A stretch of DNA of 64,000 nucleotides from Macrostomum lignano (lineage: Eukaryota): the NCBI GenBank assembly GCA_002269645.1, contig NIVC01001635.1, positions 1 to 64,000 on the forward strand, given 5' to 3'. Under the pieces are notes generated by a model, which had not been told where the DNA came from, ran no database searches, and was given only the letters and a program-made list of their open reading frames with translations. The position numbers and the translations under genes were made by a program. Below are positions 1-13,684 of the stretch, in pieces. The number at the start of each line of letters is the position of its first letter. Position 1 is the stretch's first letter.

Positions 1-165
1 CTGACGACTCAGCGAATGTGTTGGTACAATATTTGCTCCTAGAGGAGTCGAACATCTGTCAAGCCGGTGATAACTGCAGCACTGACTATACTGTGTGCTG
101 AATATTACCTATGTTATATTATAATATTATCTACGGATACCAGTAGATAGTTAGTTAGCTAGTTA

Positions 166-655
<490 letters not shown>

Positions 656-1330
656 ACTGCACAAGCTGGCATGCAGAATTGTGAATTCCCAGCACTGTCA
701 GCAAATTAACCGGACGCATCATGGCCAATGCAAATCCAAAAGCCTACGAGATAAGCATCGAGGGCAAGCGCAAGTGTAAAGAAATAATTTTACAATCCTA
801 ATATAATCTCCCACCAAGGCGCCAGCAGCGGGAGCAAGCAGCAGGTTAATCCCCAAGACGACAGCAACAAGCCGACGCCACCCAGGTAGAAAATGCCTCC
901 GAACTCGGCCAAGATTTTGCCCTAGCAACAGGGCCCAGAAAAGCCAGCGGGAGGTGGTGGATCGGCGAATCGGCTGTGTGTGTGTGCGTGTGGAAACAAA
1001 CACAAACTGTGCAAGCGTGCCGGATGCAACAATTTTTATCGCAGGAAAAGGTTCCATAGCTGATGCAAGCAGGTTGAAGATAATTTATACCATAAGGCTA
1101 TGGGGATTGCGCGATATAGTCATAAAATAATGACATAACCAACTTGCTCTGAGAAATACGGCTAGATAAAAGGATGATTGGAGAAGTTTGTTCACTATCG
1201 ACATGTGGGGAAGGTGACGTCACCGAAGGGGAGGAGTGGCTGATGAAGCTGTGGACAGACACGAGGACAGACAGACACACTGAGACAGACTCTCGATGAC
1301 AAATCTATTTATATACATATATAAATACTA

Positions 1331-1570
1331 AGGGGCGCCAGCACCAAGGGGCGCCAGCACAAGGGGCGCCAGCACCAAGGGGCGCCAGCACCAAGGGGCG
1401 CCAGCACCAAGGGGCGCCAGCACCAAAGGGGCGCCAGCACCAAGGGGCGCCAGCACAAGGGGCGCCAGCACCAAGGGGCGCCTGCACCAAGGGGCGCCTG
1501 CACCAAGGGGCACCAGCACCAAGGGGCGCCAGCACCAAGGGGCGCCAGCACCAAGGGGCGCCAGCATCAA
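1331..1570. repeat. 16-nt minisatellite GGGGCGCCAGCACCAA
   Basis: About 15 tandem units. Confidence 0.95.
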
Positions 1571-1837
1571 GGGACAGACCCATACATACAGACAGACAGA
1601 CCATTTGCTAGACAGGCTGAAAGATGGACAGCAAGACGGAAACAAAAAGAGAGAGATTTTATTTTTAACCAATGTCTCTACAAAGCCAACAAAACAACTA
1701 AATCAGTTTCTATCATACGCTTGATGTACTACTGCTGTTACTACTACTACAAATGCAGCGGAAGTAGTACAATATGAAAAAAACAGTGTAAAGGAAATTC
1801 CGAGAGCACGGGAAACAACCTGGCAAATTAAGGATGA

Positions 1838-2390
1838 GTGAGAGTCAGGGTGAGAATTGAATCAAGGGTGAGAGTCAGGGTGAGAATTGAATCAAGGGTG
1901 AGAGTCAGGGTGAGAACTGAATCAAGGGTGAGAGTCAGGGTGGGAATTGAATCAAAGTTGAGAGTCACGGTGGAAGTTGAATCAAGGGTGAAAGTCAGGG
2001 TGAGAATTGAATCAAGGGTGAGAGTCAGGATGAGAACTGAATCAAGGGTGAGAGTCAGGATGAGAATCGAATCAAGGGTGAAGAGTCAGGATGAGAATTG
2101 AATCAAGGGTGAGAGTCAGGATGAGAATCGAATCAAGGGTGAGAGTCAGGATGAGAATCGAATCAAGGGTGAAGAGTCAGGATGAGAATTGAATCAAGGG
2201 TGAGAGTCAGGATGAGAATCGAATCAAGGGTGAGAGTCAGGATGAGAACTGAATCAAGGGTGAGAGTCAGGATGAGAATCGAATCAAGGGTGAGAGTCAG
2301 AATGAGAATTGAATCAAGGGTAAGAGTCAGGATGAGAATCGAATCAAGGGTGAGAGTCAGGGTGAGAATCGAATCAAGGGTGAGAGTCAG
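1838..2390. repeat. 30-nt minisatellite GAATCAAGGGTGAGAGTCAGGATGAGAATC
   Basis: About 18 units; source of the RIESRVRVRM ORFs. Confidence 0.95.
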
Positions 2391-2632
2391 AGAGCCGCTG
2401 CAAATCTGCATTCGTTTCTAGCGTTTCAATAGCAAAACTGAAGCTCGATAAACTACAAAGTGCCGAGCAAGTAGGAAATTCCTAGGAGTTACTTGCAATT
2501 CAAAGATTTGTACAAGTAGATCAGATCTGCCCAAATTGGGACTTTAAATGTCATGGTATTCGAATAATTAAAGTCGCAGGTGAGAGTCACAGGGATGTTT
2601 AAAGCATACGCTAAAAATCTTAAAGGAGCTAC

Positions 2633-3945
2633 TGGAAATCTCAGGAGAAAGAGTTGCTGGAAATCTCAGGAGAAAGTCGCTGGAAATCTCAGGAGAGAGT
2701 CGCTGGAAATCTCAGGAGAGAGTCTATGGAAATCTCAGGAGAGAATCGCTGGAAATCTCAGGAGAGAATCGCTGGAAATCTCAGGAGAGAATCGCTGGAA
2801 ATCTCAGAAGAGAGTCTATGGAAATCTCAGGAGAGAATCGCTGGAAATTCAGGAGAGAATCGCTGGAAATCTCAGGAGAGAATCCCTGGAAATCTCAGGA
2901 GAGAATCGCCGGAAATCTCAGGAGAGAGTCTATGGAAATCTCAGGAGAGAATCGCTGGAAATCTCAGGAGAGAGTCTATGGAAATCTCAGGAGAGAATCG
3001 CTGGAAATATCAGGAGAGAGTTGCTGGAAATCTCAGGAGAGAGTCGATGGAAATCTCAGGAGAGAATCGCTGGAAATCTCAGGAGAGAATCGCTGGAAAT
3101 CTCAGGAGAGAGTCTATGGAAATCTCAGGAGAGAATCGCTGGAAATCTCAGGAGAGAGTCGCTGGAAATCTCAGGAGAGAGTCTATGGAAATCTCAGAAG
3201 CGAGTCGCTGGAAATATCAGGAGAGAGTTGCTGGAAATCTCAGGAGAGAGTCGATGGAAATCTCAGGAGAGAATCGCTGGAAATCTCAGGAGAGAGTCTA
3301 TGGAAATCTCAGGAGAGAATCGCTGGAAATCTCAGGAGAGAATCCCTGGAAATCTCAGGAGAGAGTCTATGGAAATCTCAGGAGAGAATCGCTGGAAATC
3401 TCAGGAGAGAGTCGCTGGAAATCTCAGGAGAGAGTCTATGGAAATCTCAGAAGCGAGTCGCTGGAAATATCAGGAGAGAGTTGCTGGAAATCTCAGGAGA
3501 GAGTCGATGGAAATATCAGGAGAGAGTTGCTGGAAATCTCAGGAGAGAGTCGATGGAAATCTCAGGAGAGAATCGCTGGAAATCTCAGGAGAGAGTCTAT
3601 GGAAATCTCAGGAGAGAATCGCTGGAAATCTCAGGAGAGAATCCCTGGAAATCTCAGGAGAGAGTCTATGGAAATCTCAGGAGAGAATCCCTGGAAATCT
3701 CAGGAGAGAGTCTATGGAAATCTCAGAAGAGAGTCGCTGGAAATATCAGGAGAGAGTTGCTGGAAATCTCAGGAGAGAATCGCTGGAAATCTCAGGAGAG
3801 AGTCTATGGAAATCTCAGGAGAGAATCGCTGGAAATCTCAGGAGAGAATCGCTGGAAATCTCAGGAGAGAGTCTATGGAAATCTCAGGAGAGAATCGCTG
3901 GTCGCTGGAAATCTCAGGAGAGATTCGCTGGAAATCCTCAGATAG
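2633..3945. repeat. 23-nt minisatellite GGAAATCTCAGGAGAGAATCGCT
   Basis: About 57 units; all three plus frames open with a 23-aa period. Confidence 0.95.
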
Positions 3946-4800
3946 AGTCTTAGGTTCCAAATCCGCTATTAACAACAATACTCACTGTTTCCTGACCGTG
4001 TAGCATCAGAAGTGTCAACAGCGCGCACCTGCTTGACAATAGCAATTAGCAGCAATAATCGAACAAAGCAGCTGTTACTATGGGACTGCTTAGCGGCAGT
4101 CGATGCTGAAAAGATATCAAACAACGCAGACATTGCTGTCCTAATAAACAAATTCATTATAATGGCATTACTATTGGGGAAATAGCTTATTAAAAAAACT
4201 AATTGGCAGTGTAAAAATTCACACTTTTTTCACTTCAGCCGCTGCTTCTTCTAGGGGGGGGGGAGAGTGAGGCGGGTTCTCATAAACTTATCGACCAATA
4301 AGAATTGCTTTGGGCAGCAAGCATTCTGCTTTCTCCATACCAGCCAAGGAATGCTAAATTTTTCTAAACCCTGGACTACAAAATAGATGTCTGGAAAGTG
4401 AGGCGAAAGCTAACCAGTGTAAAACAATTTACCAAATGAAAGAGGTGTTAAGTTATTAGAAAGCTACTAGGTTTGGAGTTCTTTAATCCTCAAGGTTAAA
4501 CCTCTACCAAAGTCTCAATAAGTGGGATCGATATTAATAAATCAGGTTTTGATTCTAACGCACACGATAGACTTGGGCTTGCCAGTCTGGTTAAGCACAG
4601 TAGCTATGGGGGGTATGATTTTCTCAAAGCAATGGATTTCTTTTCATGCTTGACCAGCTGTTTCCTGGTTTGAAAGGAATGGAGAAAGGGGGGGATTGTT
4701 TAATGCTGTTTTATAACCGAAAATATTTTTTTAGTGCGCTCTGCAATTTTTTTCAACGGTTTCTTTTTTAAGCCTGGGTTGTTTTCGGGTCTGAATGGTA

Positions 4801-5120
4801 CTGGAGGGGAGTGAGAAGGGAGTGACAGTGGAGTGAAAGTGGAGTGAGAAAGGAGTGACAGTGGAGTAAGAGTGGAGTGAGATCAGAGTGACAGTAGAGT
4901 GAGATCGGAGTGACAGTGTAGTGAGATCGGAGTGACAGTGGAGTGAGAGTGGAGTGACAGTGAAGTGAGATCGGAGTGACAGTGGAGTGAGACTGGAGTG
5001 ACAGTGGAGTGAGAGGGGAGCGACAGTGGAGTGACAGTGGGCTGACTTTGGGGTGAGAGGGGAGTAACAGTGGGGTGACCGCGGGGTGAGGAAGGCGTGA
5101 GTGGAGTAGCAGTGAAGTGA
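4801..5120. repeat. Degenerate 11/22-nt GTGGAGTGACA-type repeat
   Basis: Directly visible. Confidence 0.85.
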
Positions 5121-6067
5121 GAGGACAGAGGAAAGTCAAACAAGATAAGCGTTATAACTCTAATTAATTTCTTTAGTCGCGAACTTTAAAATAACGAAAA
5201 GGATGACCAAGTAAAACACCAGGCCACCAGGTGAAAACCATTACACAATTCCAAGATAGGTCCAAGTCAAATTAGAACGAGTCTCCAAGACAAAAACAGC
5301 TTTCTCAGTACAAAGAATGCAAATTAGGTAAGCAGAAAAAAAAACTTGATTTAATTGATCAAGGGTCAACTACAATTTATGATGCAACCCAGATGACCCT
5401 AATTGGCCAATCGCAGACACCATCAACTTCCTGCAAAAATAGCCAAGCGCAATTGAAACTTGAGATGCTGGACAAAAGCTAGCAGAAAATCCAGGTAGAC
5501 AAACCGTTTTTTTGGCGTGCGAAATTCTCTTTCAACCAAAGGTACAAACGACCACCCAGGAAAAAAGAAGAAGCAATTCCGACTCTTTGTTTGCAAAGCT
5601 TTTAAAGAAATTTCTCATCCAGCATTGCAGAGGTATCTAATGTACATAGGATAGACAAAAAACTTCAATCGCTCATTGTCAATGCTCAAAACTAAAGTCT
5701 CAGCGCCATTAGCGAAAGAAATATGTTTTCGGGGGGCATCATGGCGCATCATCCAGAATGCCTGATGCCTTAATCACCCGACAATATTCGTGAGCACACA
5801 CGCACAAATACGCACTCTTTTTCTGCTACCAGAAGAGCACAAGACAGTATAGGGATTCGGTCTTATCAGGAAACTGGGCAAGCAGCTGCCTCATGACTCA
5901 TCTTCGACTCTTAGTGAGTTCCCTTAACCAGGCTTCCTAGTGAACAAAAAATGCAATGTTTTTTACTAGTTTAGAGGAGATACAAGTGGTTAAATTTTAA
6001 GACAAACATACCAAGTCGAATTATGGACAAAAACTACGTGAACTCTGGCACGTTGCCGTTGGAGATT

Positions 6068-7318
6068 CTGACACTGGTTTTAGCGCCACTCTCTGACACT
6101 GGTTTAGCGCCACTCTGACTAACACTGGTTTTAGCGCCACTCTCTGACACTGGTTTAGCGCCACTCTGACTAACACTGGTTTTAGCGCCACTCTCTGACT
6201 GACACTGATTTTGGCGCCACTCTAATACTGATTTTAGCGCTACCCTCTGATTGACACTGATTTTGGCGCCACTCTAATACTGATTTTGGCGCTACCCTCT
6301 GATTGACACTGATTTTGGCGCCACTCTAATACTGATTTTGGCGCCACCCTCTGACTGACACTGATTTTGGCGCCACCCTCAGACTGTCACTGATTTTGGC
6401 GCCACTCTAATAATGATTTTGGCGCCACCCTCTGACTGACACTGATTGTGGCGCCACTCTAATACTGATTTTGGCGCCACTCTAATACTGATTTTGGCGC
6501 CACTAAAATACTGATTTTGGAGCAACTCTAATACTGATTTTGGCGCCACTCTAATACTGATTTTTGCGCCACTCTAATACTGATTTTGGCGCCACTCTAA
6601 TACTGATTTTGGCGCCACCCTCTGACTGACACTGAATGTGGCGCCACTCTAATACTGATTTTGGCGCCACTCTAATACTGATTTTGGAGCCACTCTAATA
6701 CTGATTTTGGCGCCACTCTAATACTGATTTTGGAGCCACTCTAATACTGATTTTGGCGCCACTATAATACTGATTTTGGCGCCACTCTAATACTGATTTT
6801 GGCGCTACCCTCTGATTGACACTGATTTTGGCGCCACTGTGACACTGATTTTGGCGCCACCCTTTGACTGACACAGATTTTTGCGCCACACTAATACTGA
6901 TTTTGGCGCTACCCTCTGACTGACACTGATTTTGGCGCCACACTAATACTGATTTTGGCGCTACCCTCTGACTGACACTGATTTTGGCGCCACTCTAATA
7001 CTGATTTTGGCGCCACTCTGACACTGATTTTGGCGCCACTCTCGGACTGACATTGATTTTGGCGCCACTCTCGAACAGACACAGATTTTGGCGCCACTCT
7101 GACACTGGCTTTGGCGCCACTCTCGGACTGAGACTAATTTTGGCGCCACTCTGACTAACACTGGCTTTGACGCCACTCTCGGACTGAGACTAATTTTGGC
7201 GCCACTCTGACTAACACTGGCTTTGGCGCCACTCTCGGACTGACATTGATTTTGGCGCCACTCTGACTAACACTGGCTTTGGCGCCACTCTCGGACTGAC
7301 ACTGATTTTGGCGCCACT
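6068..7318. repeat. 23-30-nt minisatellite with core CTGATTTTGGCGCCACTCT
   Basis: About 48 units of several variants. Confidence 0.95.
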
Positions 7319-8110
7319 TCAGCAACATCAAAACTAAACTAATGGCTATACACTTTAGAAAACAGAGAAAACGCGAGAAAAAACTCGCAGAAACAGAAGT
7401 TTATTCAGTATACACATTAAACCAATTGATTAACCCGCTAGCCATCAATATACCGAAACAACAGTCCCCATAGCCACCATCGGATGCGGGCTAAAGTGCC
7501 GAGATAGGATTGTAGAAAGAAACTCGTCAACTACCCAGCTACGCTTCACTTTCAACTCTAAGCGTTCGCCAGAATTCAGCAAATCTGAGCGTGTTTTTGG
7601 CCGGCTATAGTCTGTCAACTGCATCATGATGCCTACCTAATGCTCGGCAGTTGTCATTAAGAAAGTATAATATCTATGGCTAACTATAATTAGGTTTGCT
7701 TTTTGTTCCAGAAAATGTCTATCTGTCTGTCTGCCTGCCTGTCTGTGTGTGTGTGCACAGAAGGTTTTTAACAGTGTGAAGAAGTTTCTCTCACTTATCC
7801 ATATATATATATATATCCCTAAATAGTTGGCAACGCGGGGCCACAGCACTGAGTAGTCTATACACTCACTGCAAGGACAGGAAGGGCGCTTTATGCAGTG
7901 CGAGCCTCTTAAGTGTGAAGCGCAAACACTTGTGAGAACCGCTTGCTGCGAATTTGAGAGCAAAGACGACTTAGAGAGAGAGAGAGGGGGGGAGAACTGT
8001 ATTTGAAAAGAAGACCCAAATACCCGCTGAACTGAAGTGAGAAATTAGAAAATATATATTATCGTCAACAAACTTGGGCTGTAAAGATAAACTAAGAGAC
8101 ACAACTGAAT

Positions 8111-8128
8111 GGACAGACAGGCACTAAT

Positions 8129-8207
<79 letters not shown>

Positions 8208-8212
8208 CACAG

Positions 8213-8305
<93 letters not shown>

Positions 8306-8332
8306 TAGACAGACAGACAGACAGACACACAC

Positions 8333-8395
<63 letters not shown>

Positions 8396-8428
8396 CACAC
8401 ACAGACAGACAGACAGACAGACACACAC

Positions 8429-8463
<35 letters not shown>

Positions 8464-8468
8464 CACAG

Positions 8469-8545
<77 letters not shown>

Positions 8546-8596
8546 TAGACAGACAGACAGACACACACACACACAGACACACAGACAGAGACAGAT
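8111..8596. repeat. (GACA)n microsatellite
   Basis: Directly visible, with GGCA and CA interruptions. Confidence 0.95.
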
Positions 8597-9019
8597 GACA
8601 ATGATAGAAATCGATATTGCAGCAACCATGGATCAATACTCCTGTAAAAGTGACTCAGAACGCACACAAATGCAGTACACTTTAATCTGCACTTCCTATC
8701 GCACACATCTGTCCTCATCAGCTCAACTCTCACTCAAACCCTGCAATGCTAGACTTCAGTCAATAAAAATGAATCGCAGTGCAGTCAAAGCAGTGCACAC
8801 GGGGGAATATTTAGACACCAGTCAGCTATGGATTCAAATACTCAGATTTCCAATCTACAAATACCTCACTGAGAGTCGGCCAGGGCAGGATTAATAATGA
8901 ATGTGATAAAGCGATGCAATCAGTTTGAATTTCTGATAAAGAATCGCTCAAAATATTTAGAATGTTTTAAGCAGTAATGAGAGGAAAAGAGAAAGGGACA
9001 TTTTCGACAGCTCGAAAAT

Positions 9020-9296
<277 letters not shown>

Positions 9297-10402
9297 CCGC
9301 AATTGTAGACTTCCGCCAGTGACAATGAATTATTAGACGAAATTGGCGAGGGAGAGAGAAGGAAAAGGAGGGGAGAGAGGGATAAGGAGAGACAGAGGGA
9401 GAGAAGAAGGGAGAGGGAGAGAGGGAGAGAAGAGAGGGAGAGAAGAGAAGAGGGGAGAGAGAGATTGGAGAGATTGGAGAGAAGAAGAGAGGAAGAAGAG
9501 GGAGAGAAGAGGGGAGAGTAAGAGCGAGAGGTAGAGAGGCTGAGAGAGACAGGAGGGAGAGGTAAACAATGAAAGGGCAGCATGCAGGGAGGTGCAGGGC
9601 GGGAATGAGAGACAAATCTGCCAAAATGTGATCAAACAAAACGCACGACAAACCGGTTGAAACGGAAGAGACTCCAGGAAGGGAGACCAGAAAGAGAAAT
9701 ATGCTTGGCTAAAAGCAGAAAACCGCAGCAGACCTACGAGAGTCAGCAGTCAAATTCGCAGATACATCATGCAGTTTCACTAGCATGGATATAGCAGAGG
9801 GAAACAGATCCCATCCCAGCCTAGAGCTGGAGAAGGCTTTGAAAAAGAATTTTCAAAAGGAAAACGGCGGCACCTTTGCATACCTAAACACCCCCTATTT
9901 AACAGAGGCCCAGGCCAATACAGTTTGCTAAGCATCAGCTACTCACCTCAGGAAAGCGATGCGGAATTGACACCATTTGCCACCAACCTCCTTCCCTCCC
10001 CAATTTTCCCTTGCCCTCACCTGCCTAGTAGCCATGGGAAGCCATTAATTCTCCCTTCTACTACAGGCGCAGCTTGTCAATGAATGCTCACTGAAGTGTG
10101 GCAGGTGTTGGCAACCTTGCCGCTCCAGACCACTCAAGCCGACTCTTGCATATATTGAAGTTTTCTATATACATGTATAATAAATTTAAAAAGTATAGTT
10201 TCTGGATTCTAGCGCCTGAAGTGAAGTGGGCAAAAACCTATCGAACGGCTCAATTTTCTGTAGCTTCTCTTCTGAACCTTGCAGACAGAGCAGGGAATTA
10301 GCTGAAATTAGAAGCCAGCCGAGAAAAGGTGAATTGTAAACAATTTGTTCTTCTACCTTTTCACCTTATCTCTCTCATCCCTGCTGTTCCTTCTCATCTT
10401 TT

Positions 10403-11181
10403 ATCTCACCCACTCTCCCCTCTACCCTTATCTCACCCTCTCTCCCCTCTACCCTTATCTCACCCACTCTCCCCTCTACCCTTATCTCACCCTCTCTCCC
10501 CTCTACCCTTATCTCACCCACTCTCCCCTCTACCCTTATCTCACCCTCTCTCCTTACCTCACCCAGTCTCCCCTTATCTCACCCACTCTCTTCTTATCTC
10601 ATCCCCTCTACCCCTCTACCCACTCTCCCCTCTACCCTTATCTCACCCACTCTCCCCTCTACCCTTATCTCACCCACTCTCCCCTCTACCCTTATCTCAC
10701 CCTCTCTCCCCTCTACCCTTATCTCACCCACTCTCCCCTCTACCCTTATCTCACCCACTCTCCCCTCTACCCTTATCTCACCCACTCTCCCCTCTACCCT
10801 TATCTCACCCACTCTCCCCTCTACCCTTATCTCACCCTCTCTCCTTACCTCACCCACTCTCCCCTTATCTCACCCACTCTCTCCTTATCTCACCCACTCT
10901 CTCCTTATCTCATCCACTTTCTCCTTATCTCACCCACTCTCCCCTTATCTCACCCACTCTCTCCTTATCTCACCCACTCTCCCCTTATCTCACCCACTCT
11001 CCCCTTATCTCACCCACTCTCCCCTTATCTCACCCACTCTCACCTTATCTCACCCACTCTCCCCTTATCTCACCCACTCTCCCCTTATCTCACCCACTCT
11101 CTCCTTATTTCACCCACTCTCCCCTTATCTCATCCCACTCTCCCAAAATCTCACCCACTCTACCCTAATCTCACCCACTCT
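10403..11181. repeat. CT-rich minisatellite, 27-nt CCTTATCTCACCCACTCTCCCCTCTAC grading into 21-nt units
   Basis: Directly visible. Confidence 0.92.
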
Positions 11182-11799
11182 AATTCTGCAATACCCTTCA
11201 TCTCTCTAATTCATAGCTCTTATTTCTCCTATTTATGTAGCCATTTCCATCCCACACTTGTGACGCTCTCTTCAGGCGTCACAAGCAGGCTTATCAACAG
11301 CGAAAAAACAGACACAAATGCCTTGATAATATAAATGGATTACAGACTTGCATCAAGAAGTGGAAGCAGAAAATATCAATAGAACAACCAGAAAGAAAAG
11401 TTCCCGACTTCTGTACCGGCACCAGAAAGTATCAATTTTGTAGTGTTTGCTAGAACAAACTGCTCTCTTTCCGGAATCCTAGAAGCCCAGTTGGCGGACG
11501 GCAGAACAATTAGGCCAGCTTATACCAACAATAAGTGATTATGCGCAGGCACATATAGAATCGACAAGATGTCACTTGGCTACATTTATTAAAAATAGCT
11601 AACAAATTCGCTTGTTGAACGGTGAGAACTGTAAAAACTAAGGCAATAAATTTTACGAATTATTTTATAACCCACCAGCTAGTACGAAGTGTAACTGCGT
11701 AGGTTCTATATCTGAGGTTCTAATAGAATTAGGGACTTCGAAACCTGACGAATCTGCACGCATTGTGATTACCAAAGCAGAAAATGGAAGATGGAATCA

Positions 11800-13275
11800 G
11801 AGGAGGAAGATGGGATCAGAGAGAAAGGGGGACATGGAGATGGGATCAGATAAGGGATATGGGAGTAGAGAGGAGGGAGATAGGACCAGAGGAGGGAAAT
11901 GGGAGCAGAGAGGAGGGAGATGGGAGCAGAGAGGAGGGAGATGGCATCAGAGGAGGGAAATGGGAGCAGAGAGGAGGGAGATGGGAGCAGAGAGGAGGGA
12001 GATGGCATCAGAGGAGGGAAATGGGAGCAGAGAGGAGGGAGATGGCATCAGAGGAGGGAAATGGGAGCAGAGAGGAGGGAGATGGCATCAGAGGAGGGAA
12101 ATGGGAGCAGAGAGGAGGGAAATGGGAGCAGAGAGGAGGGAGATGGGATCAGAGGAGGGAAATGGGAGCAGAGAGGAGGGAGATAGGACCAGAGGAGGGA
12201 AATGGGAGCAGAGAGGAGGGATATGGGAGCAGAGGAGGGATATGGGAGCAGAGGAGGGATATGGGAGCAGAGGAGGGATATGGGAGCAGAGAGGAGGGAT
12301 ATGGGAGCAGAGGAGGGATATGGGAGCATAGGAGGGATATGGGAGCAGAGGAGGGATATGGGAGCAGAGGAGGGATATGGGAGCAGAGGAGGGATATGGG
12401 AGCAGAGGAGGGATATGGGAGCAGAGGAGGGATATGGGAGCAGAGAGGAGGGATATGGGAGCAGAGGAGGGATATGGGAGCAGAGGAGGGATATGGGAGC
12501 AGAGGAGGGATATGGGAGCAGAGGAGGGATATGGGAGCAGAGGAGGGATATGGGAGCAGAGGAGGGATATGGGAGCAGAGGAGGGATATGGGAGCAGAGG
12601 AGGGATATGGGAGCAAAGGAGGGATATGGGAGCAGAGGAGGGATATGGGAGCAGAGGAGGGAAATGGCATCAGAGGAGGAAGATGGGATCAGAGAGGGGG
12701 AGATGGGATCAGAGAGGGGGAGATGGGATCAGAGAGGGGGAGATGGGATCAGAGAGGAGGGAGATGGGATCAGAGAGGAGGGAGATGGGATCAGAGAGGG
12801 GGAGATGACATCAGAGGAGGAAGATAGGATCAGAGGATGGAGATGGGATCAGAGAGGAGGGAGATGGGATCAGAGGAGGAAGATAGGATCAGAGGATGGA
12901 GATGGGATCAGAGAGGAGGGAGATGGGATCAGAGGAGGAAGATAGGATCAGAGGATGGAGATGGGATCAGAGAGGAGGGAGATGGGATCAGAGAGGAGGG
13001 AGATGGGATCAGAGGAGGAAGATAGGATCAGAGGATGGAGATAGGATCAGAGAGGAGGGAGATGGGATCAGAGGAGGAAGATAGGATCAGAGGATGGAGA
13101 TGGGATCAGAGAGGAGGGAGATGGGATCAGAGAGGAGGGAGATGGGATCAGAGAGGGGGAGATGGGATCAGAGAGGAGGGAGATGGGATCAGAGGAGGAA
13201 GATGGGATCAGAGAGGGGGAGATGGGATCAGAGAGGAGGAAGATGGGATCAGAGAGGGGGAGATGGGATCAGAGA
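11800..13275. repeat. GA-rich 19-21-nt minisatellite (AGAGGAGGGATATGGGAGC / AGAGAGGAGGGAGATGGGATC)
   Basis: Directly visible, variants in blocks. Confidence 0.93.
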
Positions 13276-13684
13276 GCAAAGACAGACAGAAAGTAGATAC
13301 ATACATGTACTGAAAGGAAAGATGCATCAGACAGATGGCCCACAATGAGCAATCAACAAATGCAAAGAGCAACTCAAAGTTGTTAACAAATAGAAAAACA
13401 GGGATAAAAAACTGAAGCGCAGCGATGCTGTATACCTTAGTTCTTCATCTCAACTGCGCGGTACAGGTAGCTAGACTTTGGGGCTTCAAAAAAGCCATTA
13501 TGAATTTAGAAAAAACCCAGTCTGCGAAGCATCTGTGTTGCAGACTCCTACAAGCTTTAGTAAAAAAGAAGAATGAAAAAAACCTTACTGTCAAGTGGTT
13601 GGGCCTTGGTGAACAGAAAATATTGTTACACAGGAGAGGGACATCAAGGAGAACTGGATGTAGGTAGAGTCTGGTAGGGTTGCT

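Noticed and set aside
2470-2592. Apparent 13-15-nt micro-introns that would restore a plus-strand frame (also near 11429)
   Set aside because: Below known metazoan intron sizes; the smallest supported introns here are 83-84 nt and the rescued peptides resemble nothing I recognise.
2580-4003. Three overlapping 375-457-aa plus-strand ORFs
   Set aside because: All three frames give the same 23-aa cycle from the 23-nt unit.
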